A DNA stretch of 61,322 bases, filler included, from Piptocephalis cylindrospora (taxonomy: Eukaryota): the NCBI GenBank assembly GCA_003614145.1. It is 6 parts of 6 records of this genome, joined end to end, with 100 filler letters (N's around TTAATTAATTAA, not from the genome) between each part and the next. Parts side by side here need not be neighbours in the genome. Positions count along the whole stretch, not along the records: positions 41,060 to 51,169 come from KZ988051.1; positions 51,270 to 61,322 come from KZ988053.1; 4 more parts are not named here. One strand, written 5' to 3'. The notes under the pieces are model-generated. The model was not told the DNA's origin, did not search any database, and was given only the letters and a program-made list of their open reading frames with translations. Numbering within the stretch: position 1 is the first letter of the stretch; each line of letters opens with the position of its first letter. This document shows, piece by piece, positions 48,304 to 61,322 of this stretch. Made by a program: the position numbers and the translations under genes.

Positions 48304-49716
48304 ATGAGTCAAATTCCCCAAGATCCCCAGGCCCACGACACGACGGGTCTGTACACTGCCCTACAATTGCCAAAAACCGCTTCTCCTGAGGAGATCAAAA
48401 GGGCCTATCGGCGATTGTCTCTTCGGTACCATCCAGATAAGAATCCGGGGCACGAAGACGAGTTTAGAGAAGTGGCCCATGCCTACGAAGTCCTGAGCGA
48501 TAAGAAGAAACGGGCTGTCTATGATCGATACGGTGAATTTGGCCTCAATATGTTAGGCACCCCGGCGGCTGCCCTGGTCGATCCCCAGCTGGGAAAGCAG
48601 TTGCAGCGCTACTGTCTCTACGCATCCATGGCCGTTATCCTCCTCATCCTCTTCTCCGTCTTCCTGGCTGCCCGTGTTGACCAAGATGTCTCCTGGAACT
48701 GGAGCGTCGTCTTCATTCCCTTATGGATCCTCGATGCCTGGATCATTGTCACCCTCATCCCCCTGACCTTTACCCCATCTCCTCTCACTCCGGAGGAGGA
48801 GGAAGAGGCCGATCAGGAGGAGCGAATCGAAGATCCCTCTTCCTCGAGGAAGAGTGGCGGTATTCGACAACGTCGGAAAAGGGAGGCCTTGACCCGCGGT
48901 GCCTTCCTCTCCCTCTACCTAGCCCTACTCATTGTCTTTCAGATTCTGGTGGTCATACGAGAGGACCGTGTTTCCCTCATCTCATCCGCCGTCATCTTCA
49001 TCCCCTACTTCATCATGGAGGCTCTCAATGCCTTGCAGTGTCTCCTCAGCTCCATCCTCACCCTTTCCCTCCTGGCCAGGGCAAAGGCCCAGTCCGCCGA
49101 GGAGGAGGAGGAGGGGGGAGGGAGCGCCTCACCCTCCCGCATCCCCTTCCTTACTCGGTGCATGGTTCTGGGGGAGGCGTGGTGGTGGTGGGTAATTCGC
49201 GTCGTCTTTGTCATCCTCCTAGTTTTGCGCATCGACCAGGCCATTACCTGTCACTGGGCCATCGTTTTTATCCCTCTTTATCTTCCGGGCATCAAGTATA
49301 TCCTAGAGGTTGTGTGGCTCCGTCGGAAGATCCGTTCCCTTCCTGAAGGGTCTGAAGCAAGGATTCAGGTATCGGGCATGGTCACCTTCATGTCCGTTCT
49401 CCTTCTCCTGGGAGGTACCCTGTCATATGCCCTCGTCGGCCTCATCATCCGAAAACTCCAGGATGCCAATATTTCTCTCATGGTCGTCTTCACCCCAGCC
49501 TTTATTACCTTTGGCCTCATCCTGTGCTGTACCGGCTGTTGCTTCCCTTGTCTCCTATGTCTTCACTCTCTCGGACCCCCTAGCCCCGCAGAGTCGGATC
49601 TGGAAGCCCAATCGGGTTCCATGTCTTCGGCTCAGCGAAGGTTACTCCGCTTCGAGCGCGGTCTCTACGTCGTGGCCCCTCCCACCAAGCGTATCAAGGC
49701 AGCCAACCAGGCATAA
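48304..49716 (+). CDS. DnaJ-domain multi-pass membrane protein with TMEM185-like repeats and a Cys string
   Basis: J-domain with HPD (YHPDKNP), repeated W.W..VFIPLW TM hairpins, [12 protein letters not shown]. Confidence 0.85.
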   Translation: MSQIPQDPQAHDTTGLYTALQLPKTASPEEIKRAYRRLSLRYHPDKNPGHEDEFREVAHAYEVLSDKKKRAVYDRYGEFGLNMLGTPAAALVDPQLGKQLQRYCLYASMAVILLILFSVFLAARVDQDVSWNWSVVFIPLWILDAWIIVTLIPLTFTPSPLTPEEEEEADQEERIEDPSSSRKSGGIRQRRKREALTRGAFLSLYLALLIVFQILVVIREDRVSLISSAVIFIPYFIMEALNALQCLLSSILTLSLLARAKAQSAEEEEEGGGSASPSRIPFLTRCMVLGEAWWWWVIRVVFVILLVLRIDQAITCHWAIVFIPLYLPGIKYILEVVWLRRKIRSLPEGSEARIQVSGMVTFMSVLLLLGGTLSYALVGLIIRKLQDANISLMVVFTPAFITFGLILCCTGCCFPCLLCLHSLGPPSPAESDLEAQSGSMSSAQRRLLRFERGLYVVAPPTKRIKAANQA

Positions 49717-49895
49717 TGTCTTTAGGGGGATGAGACATTAGCAGAATGGATGGTTGCATTGGTGGCTGGACTGGTTTCCACCTCCTTTGACCATCCCATC
49801 GAGAATAGAATGAGTGTGTGTGTGTGTGTGTGTGTGCGTCGGGTAAAAAGAAACAAGTTATTAGTCAATGGATCGCCCTACATAATGACTCTCTC

Positions 49896-50882
49896 CTAAG
49901 ATCCCCATGACCATAAACTGATAGTAAAGATAGGAAGGGGAAGGAGGTAAAAGAGGGGGAGGAGAACTAAGAGAAGCAACCCTGTCAAAGATCCCATCAG
50001 CCAGAATCGGGTCTTTCTCCACGCCGCTTCTTTGCACCACACCCGTTTCCGAGGAAAGATAAAGCCAGCCGACCATGCTCCAAGTACCATGCCCGACAAA
50101 TGAGATACCGAATCCACATGCTTCCCCCCACTCATCACCAGCAGGAGGCCCAGGCCAATAAAGAGGAGGAGAAGTCGTCGACGTGGTGAGTCCAGATCCC
50201 CCCACCGTAACCACACATCCACCACATACGCCCCCATTAGTCCAAAAATGGCCGCAGACGCTCCCAGCCCCACATGATGCAGGGACGAGACAAATGATGA
50301 GATCAATGCACTTCCCACTGCACTCACCCAGAAAACTCCTGCCACCCTTCTCCATCCGTACCGTCGCTCCAGGCCCCAGGTAAACAGGATAAATGCCAGA
50401 AGATTTGTCCCTAGATGTCCCCAGGAATAATGCAAGAGCGCCGATGTTCCAAATCTCCATCCCTGATACGGAAATGCCCAGGAGGCCCCACATGCCTCTG
50501 CCAGGCTCAGTATCCGGTGTCGTCCATCTTCCAATGCTGGAAAGTCCGTTGGGAGTACCATTGGACGCATGCATGGTACCATTCGTGCCCCCATCCGTAT
50601 CGCCGTCATGACTTCCATCGGCCGGTTCTTGAGCTGGAACAATAGGTGAATCTGATCATCATAGTACAATTGCACCAGGAAGATCCAAACAAAGGCCAAG
50701 GAAAATTGAATCGTGAATTGAGGAAAGGGAGGCTGTGTCATGCCGGATAGTGCAGTGATAGATAAGGGTGGTGGTGGAGGTACGTGAGCTGGGCGAGGAG
50801 CTTGTCCAGACTCCAGGACAGACGGACTAGTCCCTGGAGCATAAGGTGGGGGAGATATCCTTTGGGCCGGGTCGGTCTGCAT
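49896..50882 (-). CDS. Rhomboid-family intramembrane serine protease
   Basis: WRF...LLH..WGHL..N, LERRYGW, catalytic GASA and SHLSG. Confidence 0.88.
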   Translation of the reverse strand: MQTDPAQRISPPPYAPGTSPSVLESGQAPRPAHVPPPPPLSITALSGMTQPPFPQFTIQFSLAFVWIFLVQLYYDDQIHLLFQLKNRPMEVMTAIRMGARMVPCMRPMVLPTDFPALEDGRHRILSLAEACGASWAFPYQGWRFGTSALLHYSWGHLGTNLLAFILFTWGLERRYGWRRVAGVFWVSAVGSALISSFVSSLHHVGLGASAAIFGLMGAYVVDVWLRWGDLDSPRRRLLLLFIGLGLLLVMSGGKHVDSVSHLSGMVLGAWSAGFIFPRKRVWCKEAAWRKTRFWLMGSLTGLLLLVLLPLFYLLPLPIFTISLWSWGS

Positions 50883-51169
50883 GTGGCATTCGTCAAGGCC
50901 AGACTGAGTCCACCGAAAAATCAAGGCAAAGAGCGTATAGCTAAAGTCGTAAACGTAAAGGGATAAGAGGGATAGTGCGGATGAGGACGAAGATGAGGCT
51001 GAAGCGGAAGAAAAAAGGTTAAGAAAGAAGCGAGATGGATGTGTCTCCGACTAAATACCGGCGATCGTCCCAACCACTTGTGTATTTACATGATGCAGTT
51101 CCAGTAAGGTTAGCTCCCTTGGCTTAATCGGCGAAAGTGAGCAATGTATAGAAGCAGCCCTTCCTTAGC

Positions 51170-51269
51170 NNNNNNNNNNNNNNNNNNNNNNNNNNNNNNN
51201 NNNNNNNNNNNNNTTAATTAATTAANNNNNNNNNNNNNNNNNNNNNNNNNNNNNNNNNNNNNNNNNNNN
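51170..51269. other. Artificial contig linker
   Basis: N/TTAATTAATTAA/N spacer. Confidence 0.98.
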
Positions 51270-51461
51270 AGCACCGCTCTGAGATCCAGTATCCTTTTTC
51301 TTGGCCTCAACCTTTCTTCTCAGCGGAACGGACCCTGAGTGGGGACGAGCTCGCTGGAACCACCGAGCCTAGCTTACCTGAGCTTCAAGGCTTTCACACA
51401 CGTCAACAACTTGCTCAGGGATGATGGGGCGACGTTGAAGGACTTGTGTTAACTGATTCAT
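51270..51461 (-). CDS. 5' end of an unidentified spliced gene (partial)
   Basis: ATG-MNQLTQVLQRRPIIPEQVVDVCESLEAQ followed by a GTAAGC donor; runs off the contig. Confidence 0.35.
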
Positions 51462-53192
51462 GGTTCAAACGAGAGAGGGTGGAGGAACGTGGGAGGGATG
51501 GATAGGAAAGGAGAGCTGCAGATTTGGGATCACCAAGCGCCACTGCCCCAAGAGTCAATTGTAGGCTAGAGCGGAGCTGTCCTCAGGGCATTAGGTGTGA
51601 GGAGTGAAGATGGAGAAAGATCGTGGTCAGTCCCTGTATGCACGCATCAGCCCAGTGTATCCTTTACTGATTTTCAAGTTATTGCGGTAGGGGATGGAGG
51701 AAATAGCATGGTCGTGGATGGATGAAAGGGCATATTAAACGCGTCCATCTAGGAGCGGACCATACTCAAGGTTCCTTGAGAAGCAATATCGTGACATTCA
51801 TATCGAAAGATCAAGAGTAAACATGCATTGGTCCCACCCTCCTCTAAGCCCTCAGACAAAGATGGTGGGCTAGGGAGAGGTGGAGGCTGAAGAGAGCATC
51901 ATAGTGGATCTCCACCGCCGTAACTCCTGGTTTCCTAAAGTAATCAACGTCTCGATCCTATCCTATGAGAGGGAATGAGCTTTGGGGAAGGGAGAGGAAT
52001 GGCTCCCTTTTCCATTACTTACTGGATCCTGTACATTCCGATGCCGATCGAACTCGTATCTTGCCCAATCCGTCAGTTCTCGTTGTGTGGACTTGTCCTG
52101 GGATTCTGTATATGTTTGTTGATGGGAAATGAGGATGAGGATGAGGATGAGGATGAAGGGAGCTGTTAGTCTCTCTCCCCCTCATCCCACTACTTACGTC
52201 GCGTCAGTCGTAGAGCCTCTCGATACAGAGCACGCACTTTTGCTCTTTGAACAAACTAACGAGGAAGGATGAGGATAATAGCCCAACCAGATCAGGACGA
52301 CCAAGGCCTTACCGATTTGAGAGACAGCACAGGCTCGGGCATGTTGAAGGGAGGGGGAACACAAGAAGGAGAGACTGGTAGTTATCACTGCCAACTACGC
52401 GACTGATTTATATATATGTATGATGGAGAGGGAAAGGAAGGTAAGAGTGGTCAAAGTCCAGCCTGTGCCATTACCCCTTATTATCATAAATAAAACAATG
52501 TGCTATAATAATAATAGTGTGTGGTGATTAGTGTTCCTATCTGCATCCTATTTCATATGAATACTAGATGCTTCTGAATTTAAATCGTACATGATTATTA
52601 CTTTCGCCAAGGAAGCTAACAACCTTTCTATTCACATGCACGGCCCATGCTCTCAGGTGTATACTATAATATCTTTGGGGAAAAAGATGATACCTTATCA
52701 TCGGGATCCTTCACCTCATCCATAAATCCAAATCTTGATAAAATGAGCATGAATTTTCCCACCTCCAGAATTGGGATTGTTGACAGAGAAGCCTAGTGGT
52801 GCGCACACGCGTGTATATGTATAGCAAAGCGTCGGAGCCTCTCGAACCACCTGGATCTCATCCACTATGACCCTTGTGTATACCCTATCCTCACCCTTAC
52901 CAGGCTGACCTGGTCGCGCCTTGGCATTTCACAGGGATACACACTAGAAAAGGACTGTGGTGTGTGGGGTAGTACAAATGGAGGTCAAGGGGGCAGTTAA
53001 GCGCCTTGATGAGGAACCACCTCCATCTTCCTACCCTTTCCCCTTGCTTATCGTCGTGTCTGTGTCCCTGTCCCATCGTGTATTTTGATCCTCTCTTCCT
53101 CTCCCCCTTCTTCCTTCCTGAGCGTGCATACTCTCCCCATCCCCCAGGCCAGTCTCTCCACCACCATCTTACCCATTACCCATTCGTAGCAC

Positions 53193-55308
53193 ATGTCTCC
53201 ACAATGTAAGTTTGTCTCTCCCAAACCCTTATGATAGTCTTGCTTACCCCTCCCGATTAACCCGCACATGATTCAGCCCCGTCAAAGGAAGGGCAGCTCC
53301 AGGCATCAGATAATGATACCGAGAGGATGAGACAAGGTCGACTGCTTCTAGTGTGTCTCCTGGAAGACTTTTGCAAAATCTACGAAAAGAATCCAGGGGC
53401 ACAGCGGCATCTCTTCTTCACCATTTGCCGAGCCCTCTCTTCCATGGGGATTATCGGGGAGGAGCACCTGAGTGAGATGGCGTCAGTACGGTCCTCGTAC
53501 AAACGAGCTTTTGCCGAGCTCGTCTTCCAGGCGATACGATCAAAGGAGGTACGTGGCTCGGGTGAGGAGTACCATCCAAACCCATCTCACTCCACCTCAC
53601 CTCACTTCCCTTCTATCCTATAGCCCAAGGGACAGGGTCTCTTGACTGACGCAACAGATCAGGACCAGGTAGCGTTATCCCGACAACTGAGCACACATTC
53701 AGAGTAAATCTCTATTTCCCTTCTTCATCCTCCTCCCCTTACATTGACCCTCTCACTGACATTATCCTGTGCCTCCTCCACAGTCTAAAAATCGACTCTC
53801 CCAACGTCCCCAACTCTCTTTCGGATTTCTTGGACTCGGGTACCTCTAGATTCCAGGAGGACTTCACCACCCTGGGCATTCTGGGGAGAGGAGCGTATGG
53901 GAAGGTGATGAAGGTGAGGAATAATCTAGATGGGTCCATCTACGCTGTCAAGTGCATTCTCCTCTCTGGGGAGGACGTGGCACTGGATAAGATGTTTCGG
54001 GAGGTCAAGGCCATGTCCCGTTTGGTGCACCGGAATATTGTTCGATACTACGCCAGTTGGTTGGAGCATGTCAAGATGGAGGATTATGAGGATGAAAGTG
54101 ATATGGAAGATGAAGAGGGGAGGAATGAGGGCTGGTCCCGGGGATCCACAGTGAAGCTCCACGGAGAGGAGGAGTCATGGCCCAGCTCGGTGGAGGAGGT
54201 GATCCAGGGGCGTCCATCGCCCCATGACCTCCTGCAACAACGGCTTCACCTGGCTCTCTACATTCAGATGGAGCTGTGCAATGCCAGTCTATACGATTAT
54301 CTACGGGCTCGGGATGATCATTTGATCAATGAGGCCAAGGGAATGAAGAAGGATGGGTCCGTCACGGCTCTGGACCTCGTATCCTCCTCTCACAATATGG
54401 CTCTCTTCCGCGAGATCGTCTCCGCCATCCTGTATCTTCATCACAAAGGCCTCCTTCATCGGGATCTCAAGCCCGGAAACGTCTTTCTTAGCTGGGAAGG
54501 GGATGAACAGGTAGATCGGTGGGTCACATTGGGTCGTGAGGAGAGTCTTCAGGGCCTGACGGTGAAAGTGGGTGACTTTGGCCTTGTCAAGTACGAGGGA
54601 GGAGGCAAGGGAGAGGGAGAGGATGAGGAAGATGAAGAAGAAGAGGAGAGTAACATTATCGCATCGCCCCAAGGATGGAACTCCCCTCCAAGATCCCCAG
54701 AGAAGGAATACTTTTCCTTTTCCCCTGCCCCCATCAAGGTTCAGAGTCAAAAGGAAGATGTGGGTTTACATCCACGTCCAGCCATCCAACGTACTCATAC
54801 CGTTGGAATTGGTACGGCCTTGTATGCTGCCCCTGAGCAGCTCTATTCCCCCCATCCCGCTTGCCCTGCCCCGCCTTCCTCGATCACTTCAACGTCATCC
54901 TCCACATCCCCATCCTATGACCCCCGAGTGGATATTTATGCCCTTGGCATTATCCTCATGGAATTATACCATCCCTTTTCTACTCTGATGGAACGATCTG
55001 TGGTACTTACATCCCTTCGGGAAGATCGGGTCCTTCCGGACAAGCTTCTCTTACGGTGGCCCAAGGTCTCTGCCTTGATCCTGTGGATGACGGCTCCAGA
55101 CCGAACATTGAGGCCAACAGCCGATCAAGTCTCCCAGCTTGAGTGGCTTCAGCCCCACAGTGGGAAGGGGACAGACGAGGGTGGGGAAGGGAGCGAGGAG
55201 GAAGAGGGCTATTCTTCCCTCAAACTAGAGTGTGAGGCTCTACGCCAGAAGGTAAAGGAATTAGAGGAGAGGCTATCTCGGTGCACATGCCAAGCCTCTT
55301 CTCCCTGA
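53193..55308 (+). CDS. HRI: eIF2-alpha kinase, HRI type (multi-exon)
   Basis: N-terminal LLLVCLLEDFC..LFFTIC..GII (HRI N-domain-like); SRF..DF, LGRGAYG, RYYASWLE, kinase insert, LYIQMELC, HRDLKPGN, DFGL, T.GIGTALYAAPEQ, C-terminal coiled coil. Confidence 0.88.
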
Positions 55309-56272
55309 GCAACATGGCCCGCCCTGAATGGTTTTGGAGAGGGAGGACAAGTACAGTGTATCTTTATCCATCAGTACCCTATCCATACCAGTAAAGATCG
55401 ACCAAGTGGTCAGGCCATGGGACTGTGGATGGGAGCATGAGATCCGAACAAAAGAAGACGGATCAAGTGAACAGATTCCCTTGATTGGTCTACAACCCTC
55501 CTGCCCCTCTTTCCAATATCCCCGAGATCCATTGAACAATAGTGAGGCCTCCACACATACAGAGAGGAATGCACTCTGAGCATCACACTCGGGCCTCAAT
55601 CATCTCTCCTATTTACCACTAGTCTCTTATGGTGCTGCGCCACCATGTTATTGCTGCTACTACTATACTACTGCACCCACTGGGTATAGGGCAAGGCACG
55701 GCTGCTAGGGTCGGGTGTCGGAGTTTAACTCACTCCTTGACCGGCTACCGATGTACAGCGGTCCTGTCTCTCTCTCTCTTTCTGTGTGAGAGAGCAGGAA
55801 GGGGGGCACCAGGCAAGTCGTTGCGTGTCCCCCCCCTCTCCAGCGCCCACACCTTCCTATTCTCCCTTCCCACTTTCACTAGAAATAGCCGTTGTTTCCA
55901 CTGTCAATTCCCCCCACACACAAACAATCCGATCTTTTCTTTCTCCTCTTCCTCTTTCCCATTCCTCCTTTTCATCCTGTCCCCCCTCTCAATCCTTGCG
56001 GTGTACTCTTTTGTAAACCAGCTTGCTCGCCCCTTCACCTCCCTCTCTCTCCCGCCTCAGCCATCCTCGCGTCCCTCGTGTGTATCCTGAGCCGACCTTT
56101 CTAATCTCTCCTCTCCTCCTCTCCCCTTCGCCCCAAGGCCCGTTTCATATACGGAGAAGTAGCACGTCCATATACGGAGGAGCAGCACGACACCAAGGAT
56201 CTACCAAACCAAAACCATACCGACTTGCCCCTTTCTCTATCTTTCACTCTTCAGCCCCTCTCCACTCCCAGT

Positions 56273-58349
56273 ATGAGGTTGACTCACGCAGACTTGTCCC
56301 GTCGAACCTCTTCGGAATCCTCTTCGTCAGGCTCTATTTCCTTCACCAAGGACCCGGAATCCTCTCCTACCCCCGATGTTACCTTTCGATCAGAGAAAGA
56401 AGTGACTACTCGGTCCACTCCTCAAATCATCGCCGATGAGGAGAGTAACCCCTTTCTTTCCGACTCCTCCGATGATAACCCTGGGCCATCTACTGATCAT
56501 GGAACTGCTGCGTCATTGAATAGGATGAGAGAGATGGAGCTCCCGTCGGAAGAAAAGGAAAGGTTAGATAGAGAGGAGGAGGAGAGGAGAGAATGGGAGT
56601 TCCAATCGACCCATCGTCTCGATTCCATCTTTCCTCCCATCACCATGTCACCGATTCGATCCTCTTCCGACCGATCCCCTTCCCCATCCCACTCTTCCTC
56701 TCCATTGCAATCCTCCGGTGTGGAAACGAATTCTCATGGGGTACAGGAGAATACGATGGAGCCCGTAGAGGATGGCGATGTAAATGATAGAAGAGGGGAG
56801 ACGGAAGGAAGCACAGAAGAGGAAGAGGTAGAGACCACTACGAACGAGGGAGAAGTAGAGACAGAGAGAAACGCGAACGAAAGAGGGGCAGAGGAAGCTA
56901 CAAGTGAGGTGAGAACGGAGGTAGAAGAAGCTACGAACGAGAGAGAGGTAGTAGAAGAGACGGAAGCAGTTAGAGAGAATAATACCGCTGAAACAAGCGT
57001 TCAGGAGGACACAAACGAGGGGGATCGTGAAGGATGTGTTACTCAAGAGGAGATCACCAGTCGGGCAGAGGCTCCCAATCAGGAAGAGGCCCCCAGTCGG
57101 GAAGAGGAAAGGGTTGGGCAAATGGAGGTTCATCAGGGGCATGAAACTCCTACGACCCCTCCTCGAAACCATTCACGACCCAGATCACCACCTCCCATTC
57201 GGATTGCTCATCGACCGATCATCCAGAGAATGATCATACCCACAAACTTACCTAAGAGATCTTCAGTTCCTCCCTTGATCTTTCGTCCCCATTCCCCCAC
57301 GAATCCTTTCGAGTCAGATGCTCCCAATCCCTCCTCCTCTGATCCGGTGGCGCCTCGAATGAATGGATCTGAAATCCGATTTACCTTGTAAGTCGTATGG
57401 ATAACATGAGTGGGTCCGTCCTGTAAATCCAAGAAAGGACAAACCTTCTCACTCACTACCCTTTTTCTTCTTATATAGCCGGGGAAGATTGTTGCAGCAA
57501 GGAACTGGGCAAATGTTGGATGGACCGGATTCCCCTTTAGGGAAGGAGGCGCTCCCTCCCACTAGGAACAGTAAGCCGCGTACGCTCTTTACTGGAGACA
57601 CACCCAACGCAGAACCTTCCCTCGATCTTGGGCATGATTCCATCGGGGATGAGGAGGAGAAGGAGGAAAGAAAGATAGAGGAAAAGGAGGAGGATCTCTC
57701 GGATGCCGAGACCGTCTCTTTGGATCCTAATTCTGGTCACGGAAGACATGGAGTTTCCCACATTATGACTGAGACACCGGTGAGGAAGAAGACAAAGCAG
57801 GAGGAATCTTCGGGGAAGAAGAAGGAAGACGTCGAGGTGAGCCAGGAGGGATCTGAGGATACCGTTGAGGAGTTCAAGGATAAGGGAAAGGATAAGGAAG
57901 GATTTCTACCCTCGATGGGGGTCTTTATCTCTGACCTGGAATCTTCCGTAGCTGGAGATGGAGATGGAGAGAGGGGAGAAGTGGATGAAAAGGCAGAAGC
58001 GTTTTCTAGGACTAAACGGGATCGAAACTCTCGGTCCCCAGAGCAACTAGATGGATCTCCAGGGTCCAGTAAGCCCAAGGAGAAGCGGGGAAAAGTGGAT
58101 TTGGTCCAGAGTGAGGAGCAAGGAAGGCAGGCAATCCGACCCCGTCGTCGTAGCGCCCGTCTCTCCGCTGCCACTACTCTTCCCACCCCGCTGAGCACGG
58201 AGGATCCAGGAAGTGATGGGTCAAGGGAATTGACTCCCGGTAGGACGGGGTCGCCCTCCCACCCCTCCACTCGACGGGAGAAGGCGCGAGAGACTGAGAT
58301 TAAGGACAGGGGGAAGATGCTGTTGCTGAGTGAAGGGGAGGATCACTGA
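56273..58349 (+). CDS. Hypothetical Glu/Ser-rich disordered protein (intron 57388-57478)
   Basis: Two long same-strand ORFs joined by GTAAGT...TATAG; no recognisable domain. Confidence 0.55.
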
Positions 58350-59013
58350 AGAGGAGAAAGGGTCATGGATGGAAGGGTGGTGACTTTTTTTTCTATCCAG
58401 TCTACGGTCCTCTCTTACTCCTTTTTGAGCGAGCTGTAGAGAGCCGGTCGATGAGATGGGCAAAGCTCTTCCCTCACCTTCTCTCCTACCCTTCCGCCTC
58501 CCAGGGTTAATGTGCTGACATGTGTGTTCGTGCGTGTATGTGTTCATGCTGGCCTACTCTCCTGGACTTGAGTGTGTTGTTCTACTGTCCGATCTCTTTT
58601 CCCTCATCTTCTTTCCCCTCGAGCCACCACCCCCTTTTGTGGTTGGACTGTGTCTTTATCCCTTTCTTTCTGGTAGTATGCCTCTGTCACTGAGGCTTCT
58701 TTCAAATCCATTCTCATCATTTTTCCCATATGCATTTCTTTTTCTGAGTAGAGAATGGGGATACACTCAAGTGGGGCTTGTTGGAAGAGTAGTCCTGTAT
58801 CTCTGCCTTTCTTTTAAGGAAGAATGAAAAAGTAGGCTTGATCTTCATAATCTCCCTCCTACAGGCACGACACCACAAGCTTGAAGAAAGGTGTGCGTGT
58901 GCGAAGGCCACTACCAACCTCACAATACTCAATCCTTCTCCCTCTCCCTTTCACCGCCCTTTCATCCGAAAATCCTCTTCGTGACCTCTCCTATCCCATC
59001 CCATCCTATCAAC

Positions 59014-59307
59014 ATGGCCGACCGCTCTTCCAAGGTGCAAAAGGTGATGGTAGCCCCCATCAACCTCATCTTCCGTCTCCTTCAATCCCAGACCCGGGCA
59101 AGTATCTGGTTGTACGAGGAGCTCGATATGCGGCTGGAAGGGACCATTGTGGGTTTTGACGAGTTTATGAACCTGGTGCTCGATCAGTGTATTGAGGTCC
59201 GTCTCCGGCGGGGAGAGGCGGTGGGTCGTACTGACCTTGGACGGATCCTCCTGAAGGGAGAGTGCATCACGCTGATCCAAAGTTTGGAGGGCGCCACGTC
59301 CGGATGA
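59014..59307 (+). CDS. SME1: Small nuclear ribonucleoprotein E
   Basis: KVQKVMVAPINLIFRLLQ..IWLYE...GFDEFMNLVLD...LGRILLKGE.ITLI. Confidence 0.96.
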   Translation: MADRSSKVQKVMVAPINLIFRLLQSQTRASIWLYEELDMRLEGTIVGFDEFMNLVLDQCIEVRLRRGEAVGRTDLGRILLKGECITLIQSLEGATSG

Positions 59308-59737
59308 GAGGGTACGAAGCAAGTGGGGTCACTGGGTCAAGGGACTGAGGATGGACGCGAGCCTATTCAAAGGATGCTTCTTTTTTTGTTTACTGGATGC
59401 CAAAGAGGGATGGGTATGGAGAGTGTTTATCCTATCTACACCAAGGGAGAGATAGATCATGATTCATCAACACAAGAAAGACATTGGGGGTGTTGGTAGA
59501 GATGGAATGGATAGAGAAAAAAGAGTGAGGGACCAACATGAGAAAGAAGAAAAAGATGAAGGGGGGAAGAAATGGAAAAAAGGGTTCCCGATAGAGAGGA
59601 AGGAGGTAAGGGTAAGCGAGTAAAGGATGAGGCGTGTGTGTGTGTGTGTGTGTGCTTGCGAGTGATACGAGAGGAAGAGAGGGAAGAGGACAGGGCGATT
59701 CAGATTAAAGCATCATCATCCCATCCTACCTCGCGCT

Positions 59738-60965
59738 CTACTCCCGAGCCAAGGGGGAGGAGGGAGTCTGACGACGCCTGATTCTTTCCTCGGGGGAGCC
59801 AAGTTCAGCAAGGATGGTCTCGGGGACTTCGGCATCATCTTCGTCGAGAAGCCCGTAGCTCTCGCCACTGACTCCATCCTCCTCCTCGACGAGACGGGCA
59901 ACATGGGATTTGTTTCCATCCTCATCATCATCGTCGTCATCCTCCAGGTCATCGTTATCCTCTAGACCGCTGCCAGAAGAGCCAGCGCCGGCCCCTTCAA
60001 AAGCCAAGGCCTCCTCGCTCTCCCGGTAGGCGCGAGCCTGCCACCAGGTACTACCAACATGCCAGGCCAGAGCAGTGCACAGGAGGCACCAAAATGCAAA
60101 GGCGGAGATGAAAGCGAGTGCCGTGGGGACAGACCAGTAATACATGAGGTAGCGAAGGCCGGTGAGACGGGCAATGAGGTGAAGGGAGGCTCCGTAAGTC
60201 CAAACACGATCGGAGGACAGGGTGACGATGGCATGATGGACGGGCTCATCGTAGGAATCATGGACTCCCTCCATGATGGGAATTCTTAGGGTTTGTTCTT
60301 CCTCGGCCAGACCCACCACGTAGGGAGCAGCCCAAAGAAGGCTCTTGGCGGATCGGACCAGGGTACTCTCGTATCGGAGGATCCCTGGACGGGAGGATTT
60401 GTGAAGAATGCGATGATCCTCGGTGCGCAACTCGACTCCGACCATAAAGTTTCCCAGATCCCGGTTGTGGGTGGAGGAGGGGAGCTGGAGCTCGACGATC
60501 ACCGAATAGGCATGATCATACGAGAGGTAATGACCCGAACGGCCCGGGAGATCCACATGAGCCCGGGGCATCATGACCCCGGGGAGGGAAAGGCCACCCT
60601 CTCCGGTCGCCACGGGGGCAGGGGAAGCGTAGTCAAAGTAGATGGGAGTAGCGTACGAGGTATCGGGGACGTATGTGAAGTAAAATGCACCATAGGCGAG
60701 GACTGAGGTGGTAAGGATGAGGAAAAGGAGGAAGCAGCCAAGACCCGCGTTAAAGGCGTATCTCTTGGTACGAGGGGAGGTGAGATAGTTAGTGAGGTTG
60801 GTGACATGGGGTTCCAAGGGTCTCAGCAGTGGGTGGACCGCTCCCGAGGGGGACGGTTCGGATGGTTGTGTGATATGCTAGAGTTTAGGTTAGGAAAGGG
60901 AAGTGGGGGAATGAGTGTGATGGGGGAAGGAGATGAGACCCAGCGGTCCTTACCTCGGTGGGCAT
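59738..60965 (-). CDS. SEI1: Seipin (lipid-droplet biogenesis)
   Basis: TM, FYFTYVP, VELQLPSS.HN.DLGNFMV, SSRP.ILRYES, GLRYLMYYW, second TM; short first exon MPTE plus an intron. Confidence 0.9.
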
Positions 60966-61322
60966 GGTGATAGCGATCCAAGGGGGAGGCTAATGGAGGG
61001 ATTGAAAGCGTCGTTAGTGGAGAGGGGGAAGGGGAAGTCTGGCTGGATTGGCTGGGTAGGTACAGGCGGTTGGAAGGAGAGAAGGGTGGCTGGGTGACAG
61101 AAAGGACACGCGGAAGGACAGGGTGGGGGAGGATGAGGCAGACGAGAAGGAAAGGGATGGAAGAAAGGAGGAGAGGGCTATTTAGGAGAAGCAGTAGAGG
61201 TTGGGCCTCCTTGTATGAATGAATCAAGATGGTGGGGCTGGTGTGTGTAGGGGCACTTGGGGTGGGAGGGGCGGGTGAGCTGCCCCGTATCAGGCATGAG
61301 CAGAATGGACCTTAAGTTTAGT

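Noticed and set aside
10209..51269. Periodic TTAATTAATTAA motif, and gene neighbourhoods spanning it (e.g. the repeat array next to metH)
   Set aside because: These are artificial linkers. Complete contigs decrease in size (10169, 10144, 10138, 10110 bp), so they were concatenated by length and adjacency has no biological meaning.

Overview
Fungal genomic DNA with short GT-AG introns and compact genes. It is probably from an early-diverging (zygomycete-grade, e.g. Zoopagomycota/Piptocephalis-like) fungus; the taxon is inferred from gene content such as cobalamin-dependent MetH and an EF-hand GPD2. The window is not contiguous: six ~10.1-10.2 kb contigs are joined by artificial 100-bp N/TTAATTAATTAA/N linkers. 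Five contigs carry mostly housekeeping genes (tRNA-Leu, UFE1/STX18, GNAT, NmrA-like, RAE1, DOP1, ERV41, LYS1, GPD2 end, TSR3, RhoGEF, DER1, metH start, PTRHD1, ALDH3, DnaJ-TM, rhomboid, HRI kinase, SmE, seipin), plus a signal-peptide pseudokinase and a 5'-truncated LINE with a 13-bp TSD. Contig 4 (30822-40959) has no housekeeping genes. It holds Ty3/gypsy relics, 211-bp LTRs, minisatellite arrays and an intact 771-aa orphan ORF bracketed by direct copies of a ~320-bp repeat and a hairpin. That ORF has D/E...Y-K...RxExR motifs reminiscent of Rep_trans rolling-circle initiators and is the best candidate for an undescribed mobile element.
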